Positions 24,706-36,058 of a stretch of DNA of 64,000 bases are shown piece after piece. The position numbers were made by a program, and so were the translations under genes. The stretch's first letter is position 1, and every line of letters begins with the position of its first letter. The stretch covers positions 110,052,001-110,116,000 of the forward strand of contig NW_024704743.1 in the NCBI RefSeq assembly GCF_018977255.1, written 5' to 3'. Under the pieces are notes generated by a model. That model saw only the letters and a list, made by a program, of their open reading frames with translations. It had not been told where the DNA came from and did not search any database. Origin of the DNA: Callorhinchus milii (taxonomy: Eukaryota).

Positions 24706-26388
24706 GCCATCATTTGTACCGGCATTAAATGAAGAATGCCACAAAATATTTACAAGAATTTGAAAAAGAATTCCCAGACTGCTGGAGTCAACCAGGAAAA
24801 ACTAAATAGAGCAAGCTTTCCACTGCATCTTCAGCTAGGACCACCCTACCTTCTAGGGATCTGGCTTGTAGGGTGAAAAGTTGCTGAGTGGGAAGAATTC
24901 CTGCCTTGAGTGACCTCCCTAATTTTGACAATGTCTCTGCTTCAACAATAATAATAATCCTTGCATTTGATATAGCGCCTTATCATGTCTTCGAGATGTC
25001 TCAAAGCTCTTCAAAAAATGTACTGTAAAGTGGGCGAAATGCAGCAGCCAATGCGCACAGCACTATCCCACAAACAGTTGTGGATTGAGTGACCAAATTA
25101 TTATTATTAATAATTATTATTTAAGATTGCATAGAATTGTGGAAAATACTTAAATTCCAAAGCCATTTTTGTACAAACTGTGGAAAAGCAGTTTCTGAAC
25201 CAAAACCGAATCAAAGAATGTTCCACCTTTCTACGTTCAACACTCAGCTACAAGCAATAATTTGTAGCAGAGATTTCCACTGTCTTCTGTGCAAAAACAA
25301 CAAAAACAATTTACATTTATGTAGCATCTTTCACACTGGGATGAGGGTGTCTCAAACTCCTTGACATAGCTACCTGAGAGCCCAAGCTGGTGGGTGTTGG
25401 GAGCCGAGTGGGAGGGAAGAAAGATGAACGATAGCCTGCTCAAAAAGATAGGTCTAATGGCAGGTTTTGAAGGCAGGGAGAGACAGAAGGAGGGAATGAG
25501 GGACTCCGGGATAAAGTTCCAGAGGGCGGGCAGAATGGCTAAAAGTTTACCCGGCAATGGTGATCTTGTGGCAGGTCAGGTGAGATGTGTGTATCAGGTC
25601 AGTGTATGATGAGCGGAGGGAACAACCAGGGCAGTAGGGTTGCAGGAGGTCACAGAGTTGGAGTGGGGCGAGGCCGTGGAGGGATTTGAAAGTGATCAAG
25701 CTAAGCAGATTGTGCAAAACAGATTCAAGCTGCAGCAATATCCTTGAAGCCAAATGGAGACGTGATGGTCAATGAACAGCACCAACCTGTGCCAGCATGA
25801 GAGCGAGCTGGGAATTAATTGGGACTAGGAGCTGTTCTTTTCTGCGTAACATCTTAATTGTTGACATGCAACAGAGAGAAGCAGTTCTGCCCCCACACCG
25901 CCCCGCTACCCCCCACCCACCCCACCCCCCCGCACTTGACAAGGCACTCCGTGAGATTTTTGTTTAATTAATTGTATGAATTATACCAACAAAACATCAA
26001 CATGGCATCTGCAGATTCCTTTGACAGTGAAGGATATAACTCTGCACCAAGATGCAAATCTTGTTTACCAAGCATTCATCTATGTGTTGTGTAATGCACA
26101 CCAAGGGCAACTCTCTCATAAATGTATAAATCTTGCTAGTCGGAGTGGAGCTTCCTGGCTCAGTCGGTTGCATTGTCGCCTCTGAGGCAGAAGATTACGA
26201 AGCACTTTGAGCTCGTGCAGTCTAGACTGCCATTCCAATAGAGTGCTGAGGGAGCACTGCAGTGTTAGAGGTGCTGTGCTTGCATGAAATGTTAAACCGA
26301 CATCCCAACTGTCTGCTCAGGTAGACAGTAAAGATCCTATGCCTTAACACTCTGCTATACCAGAAGTTATTTGTATTACTTTATAGTA

Positions 26389-26505
26389 CAAGGTGACCAA
26401 AAAAGTTGTGATACTATTACAATGTCTAATAAGTCTAAAATAAATGATGATATTTTTGAGTTTCTTTAGATAATAGACAGTTATCAAGTTTTTTTGTTCA
26501 CCCTC
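26389..26505. mobile_element. Small mariner-like MITE
   Basis: TA|caaggtgaccaaaaaag ... tttttttgttcaccctc|TA, imperfect TIRs. Confidence 0.55.
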
Positions 26506-27779
26506 TATATCCTGTGCAGCCATCCTCCTTGAGTAAAATATACTGTATTGAATGCAAAGATTACTATTTTATATTTCTATGTAGCTAGGCAGGCATAACT
26601 TATGTGTGCACTGCTCTATGTTTCATGAGCTGCTGGAACCTTGTCACACTATGATTATTCAACGTAATAATGTTGCATTGGTGTAAATGTACTTCAAGGC
26701 TCATGCAAATATTTTGCAGAGCTTTCTCTTGAAGTATTTGCCTGCTGTTGTGTGACATTCACTCGGGAAGGAATAAATGAGTTGGGTTGAGTCCAAGCCC
26801 ATTGTGTGACATTGGAATGAGCACCCTCGATGATCTCTCAATAGCTTTTTCTCATTCCGTGCTTATGTTCTCAACGGTAGCGTGTATTTAAGTCTCTGGT
26901 AAGCAGCATTTATTACAAATTAATAATGCACATAGAACATTTTATTTTTAACAGAATCGATTACTCAAAGGATCAGCGCACAGGTTAACAATGTCAAAGT
27001 TATTGTAACTTTATGAATACATTTTTTGTAGTTGAAGCATCACAGGTTCGTGGAGCTTTAAAGTTCGAATTGAAAACAATTGAGAGAAAGTTTTCGAGCC
27101 ACAGCAGGAGGTGAAGGAGTAGATCACTCAAGAGCTAGGGTTCTTCCCACTCCTGACGTGAAAGGCACTATATGGATGCAATTTGTTGTTGTTTGTTTAT
27201 TGGCTCCTATTGCAAGCCAAAGCCCAAATGGTTCTAGCTGGTCGGGAAGCTGTACTGTTGCTCATAGCAAATTAGTTCAACTCCAGCAGTGTGTCAGAAG
27301 GGAGTGCATGTATGAGGGAGAAAGGAAAAGAGGAGTATGGGAGCCATGAGAGTGCCCACAATCCTACTTGAGATCGCCCTTCGCATGAAATTTTAAACAC
27401 AAGCTCCTGTCTGCTTGTTCTTCAGATTGAAAAGAAAAGGGATCTTCTCCCAGTGTCCTGGCCAACAGTCCTCCTGTTAAATTTATCCATCACCTCATGG
27501 TTGTTTGTGGGACCTTGCTAGCACAAAAAGATTGCTGTGTTTGCCTAAAAATTACATTTGACATTTCTGTATGATACGGTGCTGTAGTAACACTGTGAGT
27601 CTTCTGTAACTAAATGGATAGGGCTGGTCCCTTCTCCCAGGAATGTAGAATCATTGCTGTTATAACTCACAAGTAAGAGGTGGTCACAATATCCAAAGAG
27701 TAGCTTGTCTCTGCATCCGTTTTGCTCCATGAGATGTTTCAATGTGATAGGACACAATATCAAATGCAAAGATTATTAA

Positions 27780-28345
27780 CTTCAGGAGTGACTATCCTAC
27801 TTTTGGGGAGAGGGGAGATAAGTAAAGCTTCCTTGGAGTTGAGCTGGTTCCAAAGTTGTGTGCTTGGCAACAGAATGCTTGAATCAAGTCAAAACTCTGA
27901 TTTGTTCGTGGTAGTCTGGTTCCTGAGCCAAGCGGTACTTCAAGGAATTGTTGATGACAGACTAGCCATTCTGGCTTATTGGTAGGACTTCAAAGAGCAA
28001 ATTAGTGACTGGAGGTAGGAACTCTTCCCACTCAGCTCCCATTAACCCTGTAACCCAAAGCCTTAATGGGTAGGGTAATCACAGCTGGACAAGCAGTGGG
28101 AAGCTTGCCAGATGGTGCTTTCAATGTGGTTTTAGCTGGTCAAATTCCAGCAGTACCTCATTGCACACTCTGGTGTTCCAAAGCCTTGGTCCTTGCCAAC
28201 CCATGCCTAATACTCTCTTGAATTAGGTAAGAAGGGTGCATCCCTCCAGATTGTGCATTCCATTCCAGTTCAGTCAGCTTTGTTATTGTTAAGCATGATG
28301 ATGGGTTCCTGCATGTGTCAGACACCTGGCTGACCAAAACAAATT
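27780..28345 (+). repeat. Unclassified interspersed repeat (~550 bp or more) ending ...atgtgtcagacacc..gctgacc(A)n
   Basis: Homologous pieces at ~34140-34400, 39020-39160, 42190-42440, 51650-52170, 54380-54700 and 60490-61650 (+), and ~24790-24930, 51340-51580 and 58100-58240 (-). Confidence 0.75.
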
Positions 28346-29167
28346 CATGAGACATCTGTTGTTGTCACAGTTCTCTCCAGTGGCAATCTGCACTTTAACA
28401 GAGAAAGGAGATTATTATGTCTGAATCTGTTCTGATTGTCTGGGGCGATAGTACCATAGACTAGGAAAGGCACTAGGACCTGAGGTGAACCTTGGCTCGA
28501 TTTCATTTTCATTTGGCTTCTTGTTACTTGGCTTTGGTTCAGAAGGCTTTGCCTTCTGCTGCTGCAGACCTGCCCCCACATGAGCTCAATGGAGATCAAA
28601 CAATGAAGGGATCTGGGAATAGGAGAATGGAGGAGCTGGGAGGGGGATGGAGAGTACACAAGGCAGAGGAAAAGGTAACATGAACCAAGTGAAGCAAAAA
28701 AACAATAATAATGTACATTTATATAGCGTCCTTCAAGCAAGGTAGCATCTCAGATCACTTAACACTGGTAGAACTTGATGCTGAGCTGGAGAGAGGAGAG
28801 GTGACCATAGGCATGGTTAAAGAGGAAAATCTTCATGTGCGATCTGAAGAAGGGCAAGGAGGCGGCAAGATAGAGGGATTGAGGCAGAGAGTTATAGAGT
28901 TTCTGGGCATAATGGCTGAAAGCACAGCCAAGCGAAGGGGCGGGTAGAGGTGAAGGTGAACATGTCAGAGAGATAGAGAGGTGCTATGGAGTGAATTGAT
29001 TTATAAATACGTGTTTGGATTTTGAAATTGTCCACCTGACTAGGCAGACAGGAGCTTAATTTAATATCTCATCCAATAGATGATCCTTCTGACAATGCAA
29101 TGCTCCCCCAGTATTGCATTGGAGGGTTAGTAGATGTTATGAGTTCAAATTGTCAACATGGGGCTTG

Positions 29168-31701
29168 TTCCCCCACTCACAGTCACGGCCACCCACTCGA
29201 TTTGGTGATCACCCGGGGCCTCAGTGTCTCGGATGTCACTATTACCGACAAGGCCATCTCTGACCACCACTTCATCTCCTTCACCACCTCCACCCCCCTC
29301 CCCACCTCCACCAGACCCACCACCATCTTCTACCGCCCTTGGAAGAAGTTACCCCCACAATCCCTAACCGATGCCTTGGAGTCCTCTGAACTCCTCTCCC
29401 TCTGGCCTTCAACCCTCACCGACCCCTCTTCTCCTCTCTCCCTCCTCCACAATACCCTCTCCTCCACACTCGATACTCTTGCCCCCATCACTTCCCGCAC
29501 TGTCTCCTACTCCCGCTCCTCCCCCTGGTACACCACCCACCTCCGCTCACTGAAAAGCCAGGTGCGGGCTGCTGAACGCACCTGTGTCAAATCTGGCCTA
29601 ACGGTCCACCGACAAATCTGGCTGGACCTCCTCAAAATTTACCGCTCCACTCTAGCCTCGGCCAAGTCGTCCTTCTACTCCAGGATAATCCTGGAGGCGA
29701 AGAACAACCCCAGGCTACTGTTTTCCACCACAACCCGACTCCTCCGTCCCCCCCGCCACCCCGCGCAGGTCATCTCCTCCAACCTTCACTGCGAGGAGAT
29801 GCTGGATTTCCTTGAATCCAAGATCAAGGGAATCCGCTCCGCGGTCACTTCCCCTCCAACTTCCACCCACCACCCACCCCTTCCCTCCCACACTCCGACT
29901 CCTACCCATCCTCCCCTACACACCTTCGTACCCGTTTCCCCACCCTCTGTCACTGAACTCATCCTATCCCTAAAACCAACCACCTGCTCCCTTGACCCCA
30001 TCCCCACTCCACTCCTTATCTCCCAGCTCCACTTTCTTGCCCCACATATCACTGACATCATCAACCTGTCCCTCTCCTCTGGCTCTGTCCCCATTCCATT
30101 AAAAACTGCCATCATCACGCCCACCCTGAAAAAACCCTCCCTTGATGCGTCGCAGCTATCAAGCTACCGGCCCATCTCCAACCTCCCCTTTCTCTCCAAG
30201 GTCTTGGAAAGAGTTGTCGCCTCCCAACTGCGCTCTTTCCTTTCCACCCATTCTCTTTTCGAACCCCTTCAGTCAGGTTTCCGTGCTGCCCATAGCACAG
30301 AAACTGCCCTGGTCAAGGTCACCAATGATATCCTGACCATCTGTGACCAGGGCTCCCTCTGTCTCCTCGTCCTCCTCGACCTATCGGCAGCATTCGATAC
30401 GGTCGACCACGCTATCCTACTCCACCGCTTGTCCTCCCACCTCAACCTTCAAGGCACTGTCCTTGAATGGTTTAGGTCGTACCTTTCTCACCGTCTTCAT
30501 TTCGTCTCGACGAATGGCTTCTCCTCCACCCCCCGCACTGTCTCATGTGGTGTCCCTCAGGGCTCTGTCCTCGGTCCCCTCCTCTTCACCCTCTATATGC
30601 TCCCCCTTGGTGACATCATCCGCAGACATGGAGTTAACTTCCACATGTATGCGGATGACACCCAACTCTACCTTTCCTCCTCTACTCTCAACTCCACGAC
30701 CACCGATGTCCTGACAGCCTGCCTGTCCGACATCGAGTCCTGGACGAGAGACAACTTTCTTCAGCTCAACGTGCGAAAAACCGAGGCCCTCCTGATTGGC
30801 TCACGTCAGCGCCTCCGCACCTCAGGCGCTGACACCATCAGCATCCAAGGCTGCACTCTCCACCTCTCAAAGCCAGTCAGGAACCTCGGCGTTTTGTTCG
30901 ACCCTGAGCTGTCCTTTCTCCCTCACATCCGCACCACAACTGGCACCGCCTTCCATCACCTCCGGAACATCGCCAGACTACGGCACTACCTCACCCCTCA
31001 CGCTGCTGAAACCCTGGTCCACGCCTTTGTCACCTCAAGGCTGGACTATGGGAACTCTCTCCTCGCCGGCCTTCCCGCCACCTCCCTCCACAAGCTGCAG
31101 GTCATTCAGAACTCTGCAGCTCGTGTACTGTCCCGCACCAGGCTTCGGGACCACATCACTCCCACCCTCGCTCGCCTCCACTGGCTCCCCATCCCCCAGA
31201 GGATTGATTTCAAGATCCTCATCCTCACCTACAAGGCCATTCACGGCCTTGCTCCCTCCTACCTCTCCAACCTACTATCCCCCTACCTACCTGCCCGTAC
31301 CCTCCGTTCCTCTGGCTCCGGTCTGCTCCACGTCCCCCGCCCCAACCGCCCTACCATCGGTGGTCGGGCCTTCAGCCTCTCAGCCCCAGGCTCTGGAACT
31401 CCATCCCCCAGTGCCTTCGCCTTGCTTCCTCCCTTTCCTCCTTCAAGGCCGGTCTCAAAACCTTTCTCTTTGACCGAGCCTTCAGCTCCCCTCTCGACTC
31501 TCTTCCCCCTCCTTGCTCCCTCCCTTCCCTCCCCTTACCCTGACCATTTCCCCCCTCCTCGCTCCCTCCCTTCCCTCCCCTCACCCTGACCATTTCCCCC
31601 CAATGCTCGGGTCATGACCCAACTGTGCAGCGCCTTGGGACGTCCTCCTGACGTGAAAGGCGCTTTATAAATGGAATCTTTTGTTGTTGTTGTTGTTGTT
31701 G
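29168..31701 (+). mobile_element. Young 5'-truncated L2-clade LINE (end of APE endonuclease, RT domain, 3' UTR, (TTG)n tail)
   Basis: Open ORF of over 700 aa with [39 protein letters not shown] and YADDTQLY; one frameshift near 31388; tail aaatggaatct(ttg)n; inserted into a minus-strand SINE. Confidence 0.95.
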
Positions 31702-31799
31702 AGCCCACAATTTTCTGACTGAAATGCGAGTGCTACCAACTGAGCCAGGGTGATACGTGGAGGGTTGCGCAGGTTCTAGAAAGCAGAGTATCCGAGAGA

Positions 31800-32251
31800 T
31801 AGTGGTCGTATGGAAAATTATTAAAAGGGTATCGGGGAAGTTAAGGCGAGGAGCTGGATGAAATAGATAGCTCTTTGCAGAGAACCAGTACAGGCGAGAT
31901 AGGCTGAATTGGCTCCATCTGTTGATCCCCGGTCTCAAAGATGAGGAGTTACTCGATAAGTTAGGACTCTACAGCACACCTATCGCGCTGTTTAATATAT
32001 TTTTTGAAAAAATACATCAGTGGCAATGGTTTGGCACGAAATGCAAAAATGGAAGTGTCAATGCGATGAGTTTAACATGACTAGAATGTGAAAATGCAGA
32101 GGAATCTAATCATAGACGTTTAATAGCACAGAAGGAGGCTATTCAGCCTACCTCGCCTGTGCTGGCTCTCTGCAAAGAGCTATCTATTTCATCCAGCTCC
32201 CCTGCCTTAACTTCCTCGATACCCTTTTAATAATTTTCCACATGGCCACTA
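31800..32251. repeat. ~120-bp inverted repeat pair (31800-31923 / 32128-32251), derived from a CR1 tail
   Basis: Manual alignment gives about 89% complementarity. Confidence 0.9.
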
Positions 32252-33736
32252 ATAATAATGCTTGCCTTTGATGGAGCGCCTTTCATGTCGGGCGGACGGC
32301 TCAAAGCCTCTTCACAAGATTTTACTGTAACATTGTTGTTGCCAAGAAGCATCGATTTTAAAGCAGAACAGTTGGGGGGATGGAGGTTGGGGGGGGTTGG
32401 GCGATTGAAGAAGGAAATCGCTGGAAGCCTGAGACCTGTTAGTATTGAGCTGATACTCTCCTGTTTTATTGGAAGCGATCCCACGTGGGGTTGGAGAAGC
32501 CAATAGAGATGCTATCTCTTTAAATAAATGGTGACAATTGTTACTAATCGCCTATTCAATAACGTCACTTGAGCTTTCTGTTTCCTTACTTCTCTGACAT
32601 TGCCCAGCATCAAGACAGTGGACTGGTGGGGGGCAGCCAGGGGAATTGGGGATAGGAAGGGAAGTGGGGAGTGTCACTCTGCACGGATCAATGATTGCTT
32701 TGTGAGAGTGTGAACAAGTTAGATTAGAGAGATTAATGTCAGAGATTGGTCTAACGCCAGGGAGGGCTGCAGTCTTGGTCGCTGGCTTGGCTTAAAACAG
32801 GCCACTGTAAATACATTTTGATTCACCTCTCTTTTTAGTCCTCCTTCCCCACCCCATTACACACACACACACACATGCACACGCAGTCTCGGTCACAAAG
32901 CTGTATTGATTTCTATGGGATTTGTTCTCTTCTGGAATGCATTGTTGCCACCGACTTTACCCGCACATCTCTTCCCACTCCCTTTTCAAGCCCCTCCAGT
33001 CTATGTCCCAAATCTCTGGAACTCCTTGCTTTAATCCCTCTGTCTTGCCCCCTCTTTGTCCATCTTCAAATCACACCTGAAGACTTTCCTCTTCAACCAT
33101 ACCTTTGAACACTTCCCTTCTCTTTCCAGCCTGGTGTCAAGCCACGCCATTGTTAAGCACCCACGTGAAGGGTGCTTTATATTGCAAGTTATTGTTGTTG
33201 AGTAATGGAATGCGTTAGACAATCTTTGTAGATATGGCCACAAAGAGGTGATGAGTTGAGTGTGTGGGTGGTGAGAGGTGAATGAGATTTATGACCGTTC
33301 TTTCTCTATCAAACACCTCGCTCCTGTTTTTAACCTGAAGTAGCTTTTGTTGACTATGGCTATTCAGTGCTTAAAGACACTTAATATTAATATTGTCCTT
33401 TCATTTATTTTAAGATGTATTAAAAATAAGCCTGATCTGGAATAAATCATGCAAGGTGTAATTTATTAAAGTATTGGATATACTGACTAGTGACTGATGG
33501 GGAAAGGAGAAAGGAATGGGATTCGAGTAAATAATTCCAATGGGGAAAGTCAGCACCAACACAATGGGGAAAGAGCAGTGGAATGGAATGGCACTAACAG
33601 TAAATAATGAAAAACGCCTGATTCACTATAAAATCAATGCTTCTTGATGACAATGTTACAGTAAAATCCCGTGAAGAGGCTTTGAACCATTTTCCCGATA
33701 TGAAATGCGCTCCATCAAAGGCAAGGATGATTATTA
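32251..33736. repeat. ~110-bp inverted repeat pair (32251-32363 / 33626-33736), derived from a SINE tail
   Basis: cttgcctttgatggagcg...tcaaagcctcttcac...gattttactgtaacattgt...caagaagcat is mirrored on the opposite strand. Confidence 0.88.
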
Positions 33737-33907
33737 GGAACTAGCTGTACCCGTTGCAGCTATGCTTGCAACCAGTTTCATTTAATCAATCTTCTCTCTT
33801 TCGCCTGACATTTTTATTTGTCCTTGATCTTCGCTTCTTAGGCATCTTTATCCCTTAAGATTAAGAAAATGTGCTATTGAACTTGTTCAGATATTTGCAC
33901 ACATATC

Positions 33908-34006
33908 CTCTTGGGAAGACTCCTGTTGGGAGGACTCAGTGGGAGGACTCCTGTTGGAAGACCTCAATGGGAAGACTCCTGGTTGGGAGGACTCGTGTTG
34001 GAGTCC
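33908..34006. repeat. Degenerate ~14-15-bp tandem repeat (gggaggactcctgtt), about 6 units
   Basis: Units read directly. Confidence 0.75.
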
Positions 34007-36027
34007 ATGCATGTGTGATGAACTTGTTTAGGTCACGATTGGTGATCCCCCAAAATAAATATGCCCATGACATTCTCCCAATTTTGGATGAGTGTAGGTT
34101 TCTTCCTTCCCTGTTATCCGTCCAAGCCAAAACCCCTGTAAAGTAGGGTAGTTCTAGATGGACAAGCAGAGAGAAGCTTGCCAGTTAGTGTTCTCAATTG
34201 CAAGCTACATTACGTTTACCTAGTTATACTCCCCCAACAAGCATTCTGGGATCCACCAGCCTTGGATCTCACTATTGTGTGTCAAAACATTCTAGGATTA
34301 GGATGAGCAGGGCATCCATCCCTCAAACAAACTGAAATCATGCGTAAGTGGAAATTTTAGTAATTTGGATGTGTTTCTGTTTGTGTCACAAAGGCTGACA
34401 AATAACCCCCACCCTCAAAAGTACTGCAGGAAATTGCCTTGAAGATTGAATTTAAGCCTGCTCTTAAGGTTAAAGTTAGGCTGAAGATCATGAGAATTTT
34501 GAGCCATTTCACTGGAACGTAATGATGTTAATTAAGTCTCCACTTGTTCAACTTAAAGTTCTTGTCAACATGCCTTTAGAAGAGAACAAATCCCACAATA
34601 AACAGCCATTACAAAACTCTGTTCAGAGAATTTCTTTCCTTTCCTCACTTTGCCCCTCCCCCCACACCTGCCCGTTCCACCCCCCAACCACTAACCATGC
34701 ACCCACCTGACATATTGCAATGAAGTATTAAAAACAATTTAAGATCTCGATTCTGGTAATTGGATGTCAGTCTGGCTCAGACTGTAGCGCACTCAAGCCC
34801 CACGTTATCTCAGTTCTCAGTCTAGGTTGACATTCCAGTGCAGGGGGGAAGCTATGCATTATTGCAGATGCCGTCCTTCAGATGAAACATTAATCCAAAG
34901 TGACCCAAACTGTGGACATTCAGGTGGACATTAAAGATCCTGTGAATCGCTTTGAGGCTTTTCGATAAAATAAGGCACCATATCAAATGCAAGGATTTTT
35001 TTTATTATTGTTATTTTGGGAACCCAGTTGAAAACCTCAGCAGTCAGTTAGCTAAGTAAGAGAGCAACTGTCTTGTTGCTCAACCATACGTTGGGTCTTC
35101 TGCCTTCGGTGCTGAGTGAAGTGTCTTCTGGGATGTCTCGCCTCGTCGCCTTGAGGCTTTTTTTTTCAGCCTCTGACAAGGTTGCAATAGAGCTGTCAAA
35201 TCCGGATCATCAGTTTCAAACTCTCCCACTGAGCTTGCTAATTCTTGATACTTGCCTTTTATACTTGCTTGCTTTTGGGTATAAAGCATGACACGTCACA
35301 ACATATTTGATGAAAATTGAGCATCTAGCCAAATCTATTATAAAATGTCCTGTTTTGTTATCTTTGCCATACAAATACAAAATTACATTTGTATAAAGTT
35401 GGAAGAACATGAACTCCTTTCCCCCCACCTCATTGAATTAATACAACAGTAGAAACCTTTTTTTCATGTCCATGCATTTAAGATGTCCTTGATTCTCTTC
35501 ATAGCTGTTTGTGGTACTTTGCTGTGCGCAGATTGAGTACTGCATTCACCTACAAAATACACCGTCATTACAATTTACAGTAAATCCAGTGAAGTGCTTT
35601 GAGACATTTTAACGTGATTAGGCGCTATATCAAGTGCAAGATTTTTTAAAATAGTGTAATGGGATCTATTGTCAACCTCAACAGGTACAGATAATTTAAC
35701 ATCTCATCTGTAGGACAGAACCACAGACAATGTAGCACTCCCCTAGCATTATGCTGGAGTGACAGCCTAGCTGTGAGGTCAGAGTCCTGATGCTGGATTT
35801 AAACCCACAACCTTCTGACTGTAATTACCTATGAAGCGCATTGTGATGGTTCATTGTGGGAAAGGACTTTCTATTAAGGTCACAGCGGCCAGTATGCATG
35901 TGGTGCTAGCCCATATTAAAGGATTAATGATTCTGTAACCTAAATTACAACAGCAACTCGTGTTTATTTATAGCAAGTTTATAAATCATAAAAGTAAAAT
36001 CAGCATCTGTGTGTGTGAGCAAGTGAT

Positions 36028-36058
<31 letters not shown>

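Noticed and set aside
29100..29167. N-terminus of the 829-aa ORF
   Set aside because: Comes from the flanking antisense SINE; the LINE is 5'-truncated and has no native start
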